A stretch of DNA of 64,000 nucleotides. Source: Azolla caroliniana (taxonomy: Eukaryota > Plantae > Polypodiophyta). Positions 49,060 through 63,475 of the stretch are shown here, in pieces. Each line of letters begins with the position of its first letter. Position 1 is the first letter of the stretch. Made by a program: the position numbers and the translations under genes. The stretch is from the NCBI GenBank assembly GCA_043228905.1, contig JBHGNT010000007.1:7874001-7938000 (forward strand), given 5' to 3'. A model generated the notes under the pieces. That model saw only the letters and a program-made list of their open reading frames with translations, made no database searches and was not told the DNA's origin.

Positions 49060-51235
49060 TCGCAACCTCCGGAGAGATACTCTCCTTGAATCTTCTTCAC
49101 AAACGCTGGAGAACCGACGTCATACGAAGAAGCATTGACTTCAGTCGATTCAGCCACCTGGCATCTGGCCATGGAGTCGGAAATGAATTCCATTCACGCA
49201 AACAAAACTTGGGACTTGGTCGAATTAATGAAGAATCGACGCGCTCTCCCATGCAAGTGGGTCTATCGAGTTAAAGAGACTTCTGATTCGGCCACCCCAA
49301 AATTCAAGGCCAGACTAGTAGCTAAGGGTTTTCGACAAGAATATGGCGTCGATTTCAATGAAATCTTCTCACCAGTGGTGAAAATGACAACCCTTTGATT
49401 CATGCTCAGCGTAGTGGCATCCGAGAACTTGGAACCAATCCAATTAGATGTCAAAACGGTATTCCTCCACGGTGACCTAGAGGAGGAAATTTATATGGAG
49501 TAGCCGAAAGGCTTCGTGGTACCAAGCCATGAACATCTAGTCTGTCGACTCAGGAAGAGTCTATACGGCCTTAAATAGGCACCGTGACAGTGGTATAAGA
49601 AGTTTGACGACTTCATCCAGTCAGTCGGCTTCTCGAAGAGCGATGAGGACCACTGTCTCTTCACGAAAATAGCTCAAGATGGGTCACCCATTTTCCTCAT
49701 CATCTACGTGGATGACATGCTACTCTCCGGTCGGCATGCCGGAGAGCTCATTGAACTCGTTTGGCAACTGCAGTTGAAGTTTGCCATGAAGGACCTCGGT
49801 CCGGCAAGACACATTCTCAGCATGAAGATTAGTCGAAATCAAAATCGAAGACAATTGTTTATGTCCCAATCCGACTATATTACACGTGTCCTTGAACATT
49901 TCAACATGCAGTTCGGAGGGGGACATTATGAAGTCAGTACCTTATGCACCAACAGTTAGCTCGATGTACACGATGGTCACGACACGGCCTAACATTGCTC
50001 ATGCCGTTGGAGTCGTCAAGAGATTCATGCACAATCCCGGTCGATCGCACTGGAACGCAGTGAAGCATGTGTTCAGATATCTGGTGGGCACAAAAGACCT
50101 TGGCATCCTAAGACAACCCGACATCTGGTTCGGAGGGGAACATTATGAAGTTGGTATCGTATGCACCGGTAGTCGACTCCTTGATGTACACGATGGTCAC
50201 ACACGGCCTGACATTGCTCAAGCCATTAGAGTCGTCAGTAGATTCATGCACAATCCTTGTCGATCGCACTGGAACGCAGTCAAGCATGTGTTCACATATC
50301 TGGTGGGCACAAAAGACCTTGGCATCCTATTCGATCCAAATGATACTTCAGGCATAGTCGAATACACCGACTCGGACTTTGCCAGTTGTGTGGACAGTCG
50401 AAAATCAACAACCGAATATTGCTTCAAATTTGGCAATGGAGCGATCTCGTGGAAATCGAAACTCCCACAGTGCATTGCTACATCAACAACCGAGGCCAAA
50501 TGCGTAGCCACGTCAAACACGGCGAAAGAAGCCTTATGGCTCGGTCGGCTAACATGCACTTTTCGACAAGTCGAATCTAACTCGGCACCAATTATCTATA
50601 GCGACAGTCAAGGCGTTGTTGCTTTGTCGAAAAATCCAATTCATCACAACGCCTCCAAGCATATCGATGTTCGATATCACTTTGCTCGGAATTGCGTCAT
50701 TTCAAGGAAAATCGGCCTCGAGAAGATACCTACAACTGATAATGTCGCAGATGGAATGACCGAGTGTCTTTCAGCGGATTGATTCCGATCCCTACAACAC
50801 CAGATGGGCATAAGAATCAGTCTGATTAAGTCAGACGCTCAGGACGTTTTTCGAACAATCGACTTCGACAGCGCGAAGCTTAGTCTTAGCTTTCCCAATC
50901 TTGGCCAGTTCGGCCTTTTGTTTTTCAAAGTTCACCGACTCGAACGAAATTTCGATCTGTGTTGAATGCGGGTCTCTAATGGACGTATTCACATTATCTC
51001 CTTTTTGTACACACTAGGTTTAGGTTATTTATGTAAATAGTGAGAAGGGTAGTTGCCCTAAGTTAGTCAGTATATAAACTGACTTTGTAACCTAGTTTTG
51101 TAGTGGTTGAAAATATAGTTCATCTTGTGCCCAATGCCTCTCTCTTGCATTCTAAGTGACTCATTGTTCTCTGTCTTTGTTGCCATCAATCTACCTTGAT
51201 TGTATCTGTTTATGATCTTCTCTTCAGAAGAGTGT
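49060..51235 (+). mobile_element. Degenerate Copia RT/RNaseH with an internal ~220-bp tandem duplication and probable partial 3' LTR
   Basis: KFKARLVAKG, QLDVKT, IYVDDML, DFA...DSRKST, ADGMT; segment ~49905-50110 repeated at ~50125-50330. Confidence 0.8.
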
Positions 51236-51239
51236 TGAT

Positions 51240-53395
51240 TTGTTCCGCACTAGACGATCGTGTCCCAAAAGCAAGAAACCGGGAGAAGTAAAAGACATCC
51301 ATGATTTCCCAACATCGTTTCTTGCTCACCTCGAAAGGGCCGGGAAGGAAAAGGGTTGTCGCTTAGTAAAAGCATACAATGTGGATGATGACGGGACCTT
51401 TAAAAAATTTAGCCACAAGAAAGACATCACACACGATTTATATTACAATGTATATTGTGTTGATGTGGCCGACATGAAGGAGAAATTGCCAAGAAAAGAC
51501 TACACGTTGTTGATTTCCTACATACCATATGGTTTTCGAATGGCATGATCAATGTACAATGAGGAACCTTTCATATTCAAGCAACTAGAGAAAATGGTGA
51601 AGGATTTTGCAGAAATGACAACGACATCCTTGTGGAGAATTGTCATTTTTCATAGTATGGACCAAGGCTACTCTGTTGCACAAGCGTTGAGATCTCGTTG
51701 TCATGGCATCGAGAACCTAGCATGGTATGGATACATGTCGACTACTTGAATTTATATTTTGCAAAAGGTTGAGTCATGCTTTACATTTTAATCGGGTGTC
51801 TCATGGATATATAACATTTAGAGGACCAACATTTAGATTTGTGAATGTGATTGAATATATAACTGTAGGATATTTTGATGAGATTAAAAAACAACGAATC
51901 AAGGACCATTCAAATGAGGTCAAAGGTTTGAATCTGTTGGTGTATCCAACAGTTACACGAAAATTGCGACACGTGACCACAACTGAACGTGGTTTTGTCA
52001 ACATATGCGCCTTTTAGAAATGTTCTCCAATGAAGGAGATTGGATATTGGATTTATTCTCAGGCACTAGTAAAGTGTTATGTAATGTATACTATGGTTTA
52101 CAAAATTAAAATAACCTTGTAAATTGGTTAAAGCAATTATTGTTATATTTTCATGATAGGTACTACATTAGCATGTGCTTTGAAGCTTCTTCGCAATACG
52201 GTTGCACTAGAGAAAGACGATGAACAAGTCAAATTCATTAACATGAGGATTAAATCCTTATGGGAATGTCCTGACCAAGATGAGGAAGTAGGGACCAAAC
52301 ACGTCCCTAATACCGAGCGATTTCAAACAGCCTCCCGTGAGCCGGTTCCTCCATTAGCTAATGAACCCAGGGAACTGATTGATCTCGATGATGACCTTCG
52401 AGAGGACCCTACGATTGACAGTCTGTCTAGTGTCGATACCACTAAAGCAATGGTTGAGGAAAGTCTCAAAGAGATGAAGATGATAATGATGTAGACACCT
52501 TAATAGTTATGTAAAACTTTTAAAGTCGTCAAAGTAACATTGACATTTTAATCTAAGCGTTCGATGTTTAAATTTTATTTTTTTAAATATGTCTATCGAT
52601 GTTTATATTGTAGGATTAATTGTTTATATTGTTTCTCTTGTGTTGCTACTATAGACGTTATAACTTAAGCTACATGTTATCATTCACATCGTGTAACATT
52701 AAATCTCAATGTTATTGTCATTTTAATCTAAGGTTTACTTTTGATAGTTGAATATGTTCTACCAATCGGACTCACCTTACTTTTGGGTGTGACCATAATG
52801 ACTGTCCAAGTGTATCCATTATATAATAAGTGTGTATGGGTGTCCTCTTTTATTGATATGCTTCTTTCTTACTAACATTGGGTTAAGTTATTATATCCGG
52901 CAACATTCACTAAGTATTTGACGGCACCCAACATAATCAATAACTATAGTTATACCTTCCATTTCTTCTCCCTACAGCTCCTCACATTGGTTAAAGCTGG
53001 AGATCAAATGTTATCTAGACCATGTTCATTGTCCAATACTTAACTACATTTTATGTCTTGAGATCATGATTTCCCCAATATTGAGATATTATATGCATAT
53101 TTCATAATACATTTTGAAAGTTTAACTTTTGTCAAACTCATAAACAATTGTCATATTCTTAATTTTAACTAGATTTAGTATTTGGAGATCAAGAACTTTA
53201 AAAAGGTTCAAAAAAATACTTGTTTAGGATTTTGAAACTTATTAAATATATGTCAAATCTAGCAAATTCTATATGGGTTGCCAAACATGTGATACTGGTG
53301 TAAAAAGTTTCTTTATATTGCATAAATTTGCACATTTATAAAAGGAATCTAAAAGTGGAATGTGCGATCCTTCCACTTCTGAACGCGAACATGTG
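51240..53395 (+). mobile_element. Second, truncated and pseudogenised copy of the methyltransferase-carrying transposon (MTase exons 4-6 + terminal TIR)
   Basis: GEVKDIHDFPTSFLAHLERA...ISYIPYG...RSRCHGIENLAW, GPTFRFVN, GDWILDLFSGT, ACALKLLRNTVALEKD with matching intron positions; TIR-like tgtgcgatccttccacttctgaacgcgaacatgt at ~53360-53395. Confidence 0.88.
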
Positions 53396-53489
53396 ACACC
53401 ATTTTTTACAAACTAGGGCGCTTTAACAAACAATAACGACATTAAGCAAGCAGACAAAAAAATTGAATGAACAACTCACTTGCTTTGCA

Positions 53490-54260
53490 ACAAGCTCAGG
53501 ATAATCATCTTGCAAAAGGGTAAGGGCATCTCTAATGATGTTCCTTCTTTTGATGAACCCAAGATGGTCATTGAGATTTGTAATTTGTACCACGACATTT
53601 ACACCGGAAGGTTTGAAATCGAGTTTCCTAATACCATTCTCAAGAACTTGGATTCACCACCGGAGAAATCTCTTGAATTCTTCTTCGTCTTCTATTACCT
53701 TCTAATAGAGCTCCTTGTCTCGGGAAACACCAAAGTGGTTAGCAAATAGGGTGACCTTCATTATCCACACCATGCATATATGCCACATGATCGAATTCGG
53801 TGCAAATCTCTTCTTCGATAAGCTTGTCGGCATGGAATTGTTTCCTCCATGCGAGCATGTCTTCAAGCATTGTCATCGCGGCATCAACCTTGACGTCTCG
53901 AGCATGGAGGAAACAATTCCATGCCTTGTTCTTCTTCTTCGTCTTCTATTACCTTCTAATAGAGCTCCTTGTCTCGGGAAACACCAAAGTGGTTAGCAAA
54001 TAGGGTGACCTTCATTATCCACACCATGCATATATGCCACATGATCGAATTCGGTGCAAATATCTTCTTCGATAAGCTTGTCGGCATGGAATTGTTTCCT
54101 CCATGCGAGCATGTCTTCAAGCATTGTCATCGCGGCATCAACCTTGACGTCTCGAGCATGCAAGAACTTTAAGAGGATAATGTTGGTCCTTTTGTCACCC
54201 TTGGAATGGAGTAGAGGAACTCCCCAGAGAGTGAGATCCTCTAGTGCCGATAAATCATCA
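53490..54260 (-). pseudogene. Patellin (SEC14/CRAL-TRIO) pseudogene fragment with a 254-bp tandem duplication
   Basis: LWGVPLLHSKGDKRTNIILLKFLHARD..V..AMTML...LAWRKQF...AYMHGVDNEGHPIC; 53715-53910 repeated at 53969-54160. Confidence 0.75.
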
Positions 54261-55390
54261 TTATCATCATGTTTTTCAATAGGATCCCCTATGAAGGAAT
54301 TTTTTTTTAAATGAATTAAGGGACTATAGATCACTTCCCCACAAGAATCAATTATCCTTGAATCGTAACTAGTGATTAACAATAAGGATACCAATTGTTA
54401 CCATACCAATGTCCCATGGTTCTCCATGCCAACATCATATAACCATGAAGACACTATGTATTATATCTATTTCCGACACCCAAGCTTTTAGTGTTATGTC
54501 CGACAAGATCAACCATAAGTAGGTTGCTATAAATTTTGAAGAATGCTAGGGCTTTATGATATAAATATGTGTTTGAGGGGGGATATTGAATAAAACATAC
54601 AAGCACACATTGGGATTAAAAATATAGACCTATTATCGCCAAGACTTTAATCATACCACTAAGATATACTAGATGATTATAACAAATAAATTAGTACATA
54701 TCTCTGTACTAGAGAACTTTACAATTGTTATGCCATGTGTCATGCATGCACTAAACAAACAATAGTATATAAATACCTCACATTGAAGAGGTGAAAATCA
54801 TCAAGTGAGATATAGTATAATGATATTGTAGCTAAACATTAATATGAAGCACATTGTATCTATTTGATGTCAAAATCCAATGGTAATCCCCATTGGGAAT
54901 ACCATTCAAAAAACAAACGACAAACTATTTGTCACCCGTAAGTCTCGATTTTTGGATTTGGAACCAAACATGATGCACATAATCCTCAAGAAAGATAAAT
55001 GGCTTGCTCAACAAGTGAGCAAGTGTTGTGCTTTTTTAGGCGAGAGAGAGAGAGAGAGATAAATGGCTTGCTCAACAAGTGAGCAAATGTTCTGCTTTTT
55101 TAGGCTCAGAAGGCGGATACAATAATTGTTCTTGAAAACATCAATGAAACCTTCCTAGTTGTGGAGGAAGTTCTTTGCAATCCTCAAGCCTCGCCACCTA
55201 ACTCACAATTGACATTGTCGTGACATGGGTTAGACTAGGAATTATGTTAAACAAGGAACAAAAGTAACAATAGTATCCCAATTTTCTTTTTCTTTTTCTC
55301 AAAACGATTTATTATCCAGCAATTGTCGAGGAGTTATTAGAAGAGGAATTCCGAACCATTAGAGTGTTTAACACTTCCTTTTAAATTCAT

Positions 55391-55466
55391 CGATCGTACA
55401 AGGGGTCGAACCTACAATCTCTCGTTTTGTAGACCAAACGAGCCTTATCCATTAGGCCATGGGATC
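55391..55466 (-). pseudogene. Decayed tRNA-Arg(ACG)-like copy 1
   Basis: Reverse complement CCCATGGCCTAATGGATAAGGC...GGTCTACAAAA..AGAGATTGTAGGTTCGACCCC; anticodon reads ACA. Confidence 0.65.
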
Positions 55467-55676
55467 ATGTTGTTTACAAAATAAGAAGAATGAACAAGTT
55501 ACAAACAAGTAGAAATTTTTATTTTATAATATGATTAGTCCAGTAAGTGTCTAGGAGATACTATTATAGGAAGACTGAAACATTACAATTTTGTAACCAC
55601 TTCCTTAATATTTAATCACGCCGAAAAAGAACCTAACAAACAATTAACATTTTTATACGCATATGTTGAAGTTAGC

Positions 55677-55749
55677 AATACTACGTGGGGTCTAAACTAG
55701 AATGTTTAGTTTCATAGACCATTGCCTTTATCCATTGGGCCATAGGACC
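55677..55749 (-). pseudogene. Decayed tRNA-Arg(ACG)-like copy 2
   Basis: ATGGCCCAATGGATAAAGGCAATGGTCTATGAAAC...; anticodon reads ATG. Confidence 0.55.
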
Positions 55750-56124
55750 GTGTTATTTATACAATAAGAAGAATTACATTAAACGAAGATATAGATTAAG
55801 TTATAACAAGACTGAATATTTTATTTTATAATATGATTAATTTTGATATTATATTATATAAGGCATTATTTGTCCCTTTTTTTGTACAATGAATTGTATT
55901 GTTTCCATCTCGACAATTTCATGGAACAACATAATTATAGTTTTCTTTTTCTTTTTCTTTTTCTTTTTCTTAGAACGGTTTATTGTCCAACAATTGTTGA
56001 GGAGATACTACTATAGGAATACTGAAACATTACAAATTTGTAACCACTTACGTAAATATTTAATCACTCATAGGAGGAATCTAACAAACAATTAACATTT
56101 TCATGTGCATCCTTTTAAGTTCAT

Positions 56125-56197
56125 CGATCATACTAGGGGTTCAATGTAAAATCTCTGGTTTCGTAGACCAAAGCCTTATCCATTGGGCCATATGATT
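56125..56197 (-). pseudogene. Decayed tRNA-Arg(ACG)-like copy 3
   Basis: ATGGCCCAATGGATAAGGCTTTGGTCTACGAAACCAGAGATT with intact ACG anticodon arm but a damaged T-loop/B box. Confidence 0.7.
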
Positions 56198-59100
56198 GTG
56201 TTCTTTATACAATAAAAAGAATTGAGATTAAAAGAGGTTATAGATTAGTTGGAAGGACTCAGGAGTATCAAATCTTAATTTATAAAAATTAGATAACAAG
56301 AATCCTCTATCTATACGACCAAGAATGCAAAAGGTAGGTCATGAATGTGTGCCACCTTGCACCTCTCAATGGAGTAGATGCATACAAGTCACCTTGTGAC
56401 CACTCCTTTAACATTAAACTAACCATGGAATATACTAACACACATAAACTACTAGATGTTCATGCCTTGTATCACATTGTTCATGGCATTATTCTACCAT
56501 TGGTTCCACCACATCACAACAACATGGTTTTTATGTGCTCAATAGTGAACTTATCGAGGAGATGAATGATTACCTCATTGTGAAATCTGAACCTTGGTTG
56601 CTCAACACAAACAAAACGCATTATGGAATTTTTGTATAGAAATTGTGGGACAACTATGGTGTATCAATCTTGATGCAAGTTTTAGCTTCAACCGAATTGG
56701 TGTTGTAGTAAAATCATGGTAGTTATACACGACTCCTCGTTGTATTATCAAATTGTTGGGTCTGATGAAGCCAACATCCCACTTTTTGAATGGTTGCTAA
56801 TCTACTACAAGATGCAAGGGATTGAAATAATATTTGGTTGGGTGTTCAAGCCTTTAACAATCATCACATATCTTTATGTACACATATTCTCGTCACCCTA
56901 ACCCCCAACTCCATTGAGTGGTCATACATCCTCTCACGTTACCCTATACCCTTATGCTCTCCCCTCCCACAACCCCCTCACATTATGTTACGTACATGAC
57001 CTATCTCATGATCAATGACGGTTATGTAGTTAACAAAGTCTAGCGAATGAGAAGAATAACTCTTGAGAAGTGATAAGTCGTTAGCTTTTATACCTCATTA
57101 CAACTTGGATGCATTTGTCATTGTCCCCTTTCTCATGTGGAGACACAAAACCTTTCTTTCTCAAGTTTTACAATCTCTCTTCTGTCTATTACTAGCCAAC
57201 TCTTAGGTTCATTCAAATAAATAAATAATGTCGAAATGTCTGATGGTCTCTTCACACAATCAATCCATTGTTAACATTAATTCAATGTAGAATGAAAATG
57301 TCATATGCCTGGAAACTTCTATAATATCGATACGAGATGTGGAACAAGACTATAATCCAAAACATAGTGAATTAGATAGAATTTGAGCAAGATGCTGGAA
57401 GGCAAGAAAATGGATGGGTTTAACGTGTGAATAAAGCATCATAAAGACAAAATGGCGGATGTTGGGTTGGGTTGCCCAGTATCTCCAAAATGTTTTGCAA
57501 ATTCACAATTTAAGTAAGAAACTCTCCCCTTTCCTTCGAGAAGTTTTCTACATTATTTCAAGAGGAAGAGAAGTAGATGGCAAATGAGGAAGAAATTCCA
57601 CGTTCGTTACTAAACGGGATAGAGAGAGGGGCATTTAATCATGTACTATAATTTCTCGTCGACTTTTTGTTGGCATAATATGAAGCATTTGCTTCTCCAT
57701 TCAATACTCAGTGTGTGACATATGTCCGTGCACACTCTCATTTTCTCATGTACACATTACGTAGCTTACGAAATGTCGACCGGGAATCTTAATCATATTA
57801 TTCTCATAGTTAAGAATAACAAACATCAGATTTATACATTACGTAGCTTACGAAATGCCGATTGGGAATCTTTTAATCATACTATTCTCATATCTAAGAA
57901 TAACAACATCAATTTTTATCAATTTTGAGAATGGTTAATCATACGCTTTCTAGATTATGTTTTTGACAAAGCTTAGGAGGGTATCCATGTTCTTCTAAGG
58001 GAATTGAATGGAAGGTTATGTATGGTGCATCTTAGTAGAAGCTATAAAACAGAGGAACTAACTATATAAAAGCATACAGAAATAATAGAGTTATACTTAT
58101 GTATACATATACATATACATACATACATACATACATATATGTATATAGATAGGTACATGTATATGATGAATGTGGGCGTTTTATCCATTTGGAGAGAGAG
58201 AGAGAGAGAGAGAGAGATGAGGTTATTCATCCCAACCACAGAAAGGCAGCAAAAAGCACAAAAAGAAGCTTCTTTATCATCACCGTCTATCTCAGAGGTC
58301 TTCTTCAGGAAGAAGAAGAGGAAGAGGAAGGAGATTCATACAGAGAGAACCTCATCAGCTCAGAAAGGTTAGATTCCCTTGTTGCTTAAAACCTAGCCTA
58401 AGAATGCTTTCCACAAGCTTAACTTAATGCTATATACATATAGCACCATTTCTTCATTGGTTCTATTTTTGACACCATGATCCTGTCCATCTGTGTTTGT
58501 CACATTTGTGTATTTGATTGCTCGATTTAATGCTTAAAGCTCCTTCATTTCTTGTTGGGTTCTTATGTATTGGATTTCCTTAACATCATGCATTTTCACG
58601 GGAGTGCCTTCTGATCGTCATATTTATGCTTTAGAACCCGTTAATTTTGTGTATTCTGATTATCTTATTTATGCTTTAAAATCCCGCATTTTGTTTCCAT
58701 CGTTTTGTATTTTATCTGGAGATAGATAAACCTCTGTACTCTTAAGTTCTGATCAGTTCAATTATCTGGGTGCTTTAAGGTCCGTTTTCTCATGTTCTTT
58801 ACGTGAGGCTCTTTGTATGAATATGGTTCATTCTGTTATGTGTTAATGAAAACTTAAAGTGATTGTTTCAATCCAAGATTTCTCTAGCAGAATGTAGTAT
58901 GCTGAATCAAGTTAATTATGTAAATGCACATGGAGGTCCCATTTGATACAGCAGATTGATAAGATAATTATGTAATACATACTCTCACTATATATACATA
59001 TATGTATACTCTCACTGTATTTGGATATATAACTAGAGGGTACCGCATAATCGCATTTTCCATTAAATATTTTTTCACGGTCTGTATCTGTTCATTTTAA

Positions 59101-59472
59101 TCGTATGGATTTTCATATGTCCATTTCCTTGTGTCTTGACATGGTATTCTTGTATCATTAGAAATGTTTGAGGGAAATATGGAACATTCTATTACAATTT
59201 ACAAGATTTGAATGTGCGTTTTCCCCCATAGTTTAGAAGAACGTAGTATGTTGAATGAAGCTAATTGTATGAATGCACATGAGGATCCCTATCTATATAT
59301 TATACTGTATACATATATCCGGCCATGGTGTTTTTATTCTGGATTTTTATGTGTCAAATTGCTTGAATATAAATGCATGATGTTGATACTTCTTCGGGTG
59401 TGAAATCATGCATCTAATTATTTGCTCAAATGTTCTGATTGTTTTGCAGGTTCATCACCCTAACTTAGCAAG

Positions 59473-62400
59473 ATGAATGTGAACGCCATTGCACCATCAT
59501 CACTAGATCTTGCAGCTAGGAATCCAATGATTTGTGCTTCTTTGAAGAGTTCTTTCAATGGACTGCACAACATTGACAACCATCGCACATGCAGACAATC
59601 AACAGACTTGTTTTGGGTGTGGTATCTAAGGCCTTATTGAATGGGAATTGATGTTGCATCAAGTGTCGCTTTAGTTTTTGTTCCCAGTTTAAATGTCAGA
59701 AAGTATCAGTGCATCCATTATAAGGAACATGTTTTGTACTCTCATCCATTGTCAAGATTGTAATTACAACATGTCTGTGTATTTTTTGGTCATGTTGCTA
59801 ACTTCCTCTGAACTATAAAATTCCAGGCCCAAGGCAAAGGACAAAGTATCAAAGTACAGCAGAAAAGTGGAATCAGATGCTCTTTGGTTGCATCGGCCTC
59901 TGTAGAGAAGAAGAAAATCTTGATGATGGGAGGTACTCGCTTTATCGGTATATACCTCGCTCGACTGCTAACCGAAGCTGGTCATGAGGTGGGTTTGCAC
60001 GTTAATTAGGGATTTTCTGTATGTAATCCGAGTGGTCAAGTATGGGTTTCAAGTTGCTATGGTTCGTTGTTCTAGGTAACCCTTTTTACAAGGGGTAAAG
60101 CTCCTATCACACAACAACTGGCAGAGGAATCAGACGAGGAGTATAAAAAGTTTGCCTCTTCAGTAAGTAATTCTTATACTGCTAATCCATTGGATGCAGT
60201 GAAACAGCTTTGCTGATCACGCAATGCATGAATATAGGTTAAACACTTGAAAGGTGATCGACAAGATTTTGAAGCTCTTAAGAAACAACTGACAGGGACC
60301 GATTTTGATGTTGTGTATGATATCAATGGTAGGGGCCTCTCTATTTCTCTTTGATATAAAACTTTCTTCTTTAAGGTAAACTATGTCTACAATCTATACA
60401 GAGTCATTTAGGGACTTTGTGCTAACCGTTAGTGAGGCATGGTTCAAAAGCTGAAAGTTATACTCGTACTCATATCCTGGGTCGTTGATTATGTTTTGGG
60501 ATGTTCTTATGATTATTTTTCTATTCTTCCCCTTCTTCTTTTTCTTTATTTATCTTTGGCTTTTGATGCCTAGAATTTGGTAAAAGGGGCAAGGGAGACT
60601 AGTGGAAATCAGTCTAAAATTAATTAGCATGTTAATATCTTTCTCAATAATCCTCTGTGTGTTTTCAGGAAGAGAAGGGGTTGAAGTTGAGCCCATTTTG
60701 GATGCCTTGCCCAACCTTCAGCAGTAAGTTTATGAGCAATCATTTTTTCTTTGATTCTACCCATAACTATTATGTGGTAAATCATGCTAAAGCATATCCG
60801 CATCATGTTTCATACTCTGCATGCGTTGAGCCCAAATGGGATCTAAAAGGATAAGCAAAACTGAAGTTCTAATATGTATCTTAAGTAAGGCATAATTAGT
60901 GAAAACTAATGGAACTTGGGGTTGTTAACGTTTGCATAAAATACATGAGAGTGCATACACAATTACTTCAATAGAGCATACATACAATTGAGAGAACAAG
61001 AAACATGGATATATTGGTAGTGGGGCACTCAAGCATTATTACAATGGTAGTGTTTGATATGACAACAGCTATAGCTTATGTGCTCCTAACTGAGCAGATA
61101 CAGGTACAACTCAGTGCGTGAATGATAAAACTCGAGAATGCCTAATGAGGAAAACATCATTAAGAATGAAATTACTGAAGGGTCGTTAAATAATTTCTCT
61201 CTTTCTATTTGACTCTTTAGTAATTCTCTCTTTCTATTTGACCATTCAGCAATTTCTCTCTTTCTATTTGACTCTTTAATAATTCTCTCCGTCTATTTGA
61301 CTCTTTAGTAATTCTCTCTTTCTCTTTTATTCGTCCCACCAAACTTTCTGTGTTAGATCACCCCAGGATGGATATTATCAGATGGCAGCAATTTTAGTTA
61401 TAATCATCAGGAACCAAACCTCGAGTGTTGGTTCATTATGATTCACATTTCATGCCATTTAGTTTTAAGGAAGCTAGCCTAGTATGACCTTTTTCTTTTG
61501 TTACTTGCACTGACGAGAATTAACATAAGCATTTGTTATGTTTGTCAGATCTTTTAGGCCATTGTGGTCTTTGAGAGACTTCAATATATCTTCTTTCCAC
61601 TCTTACTAATCCTTGCTATTCTTGTGCTTCCAGGTACATATTTTGTTCATCTGCAGGAGTCTACCTGAAATCTGACCTTCTTCCTCACTTTGAGGTTGCA
61701 AAAAAAACTTCTTGCTTTAGTGTGCTATGTTTACTATATTAAATTCGATATCATATCATGATTGATATATATAAAATGTGCAGGTAGATGCGGTTGATCC
61801 CAAAAGTAGGCACAAAGGGAAGCTTGATACTGAATCATTGCTTGAAAAGAAGGGTGTGAATTGGACATCCATTAGGCCTGTATACATATATGGACCACTT
61901 AATTATAACCCTGTTGAGGAGTGGTTCTTCCATCGCCTAAAGGCCGGACGTCCCATTCCAGTGCCAAGCTCAGGACTTCAGATAACTCAATTGGGTCATG
62001 TCAAGGTTGTCTATTTGTTTTTGTTTGTGCACATGAATAGTACAGTACCTAGGATCAACCATGAAACTGGTGTTTGTATGGTTTAAGCATATATTTGAAA
62101 GAAAAAACACCAATTAGCATAATTAAGTTTTAGGGGTATCCTGGTAACTCTTTTACAACCAAGGGATATTCTGGTAATCTTTACAAACCAAAGATTATCC
62201 TGGTTAATCAATATAAAGCTGGGGGTATATTGAACTATTGTTTCCCAATATATAAATTTTTCATGTTCCCCAAGTATACTCTAATGCCAGACATATTGAT
62301 TTGTTCAGGATCTTGCAACAGCATTCATAAAAGTGCTTGGTAACAGCAAAGCTAGTAAGCAGGTGTACAATATATCTGGGGAAAAATATGTCACATTTGA

Positions 62401-62981
62401 TGGCATTGCTAAAGCATGTGCTAAGGTACACTGGATGTCTTTTTCTTCAAAAAATGAAAGAGGATTTTCCAATTATTGTGGTAATGTGCTAGAAATACTT
62501 TTCATTTTTTTTGTTGTTTCTCACTAGGCTGGTGGCTTTCCCGAACCTGAGCTGATACACTACAAACCCAAGGAGTTCGATTTCGGAAAGAGTAAATCCT
62601 TCCCTTTAAGGGACCAGGTATGTCTTGATTTCTTGCTCAAATAGTCGCATGGCGTTTTGAATTTAACAATCTATCTATTCTTATACCATTGTTTTTTTAC
62701 ATTCATCCTTTTTTCTTATATGTATAATCAATGTATTCTTGCATCATTTTTTTCACATGCTTTATTTTTCCTATGTCTTTGTTGTATTCTTGCAGCATTT
62801 CTTCACGTCTATTGAGAAAGCTAAGACAGAGTTGGGATGGGAACCTAAATTTGGATTGGTGGAAGGGTTAACCGACTCGTATAATCTTGACTTTGGTCGA
62901 GGAACATTTAGAAAAGCAGCTGATTTCACCGCTGATGACATTATATTGGAAAAGCTCGGAAAGGTAACTGTGGCTTTGTAA
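59473..62981 (+). CDS. CSP41B: Chloroplast stem-loop binding protein 41b (NAD-dependent epimerase fold), about 404 aa; exons 59473-59616, 59827-59988, 60076-60162, 60238-60328, 60669-60723, 61634-61694, 61784-62005, 62309-62425, 62528-62617, 62796-62981
   Basis: Ten GT-AG exons sum to 1215 nt in frame; ILMMGGTRFIG, VVYDINGRE, YIFCSSAGVY, RPVYIYGPLNYNPVEEWFF, SFPLRDQHFF; Ser-rich transit-peptide-like N-terminus; probable 5'-UTR intron ~58368-59449. Confidence 0.93.
61190..61325. repeat. Intronic ~30-bp tandem repeat (about 4 copies)
   Basis: aattctctctttctatttgactctttagt repeated. Confidence 0.8.
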
Positions 62982-63211
62982 GAAGAGGGTCTTCACTTGG
63001 TTATTTCTTGCTCTAGCAAGTAGGCCATGGTTGATAAGGTGGAATTTCACATATGTTTATCTTATCATACACAACTACCTACCTCCATTGTGTTCATTGT
63101 ATTAGTTATAGTACTTCCCATATTGCGCTTGTACAAACACCGATGAAATAACAAACATGTTTCATCCTTACTTGATGTTGAGCCTTCATGGAAATGCTGC
63201 TTCTCAATGAT

Positions 63212-63475
63212 AGTTTGTAATCCCAAATGGTGTGGTTTATTGATGTGTACATTTTTTCCATGTAAATTTCATCTAAGTTTGTAATCCCAAATGGTGTGGT
63301 TCATCAATAGTGTCCATTTTTTTCCATGTAAATTTCAATCAAAGTGTGTAATCGCAAATGGTATTGATAAGTGTCCATTTTTTAACATGTAAATTTCAAT
63401 CTAAGTTTGTAATTGCAAATGGTGTGGTTTATTGATAGTGTTCATTTTTGTCCATGTAAATTTCATCCAAGTTTG
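63212..63475. repeat. ~60-65-bp tandem repeat (about 4 copies) downstream of CSP41b
   Basis: gtttgtaatcccaaatggtgtggtttattgat..gtgtccattttttccatgtaaatttca repeated. Confidence 0.8.
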
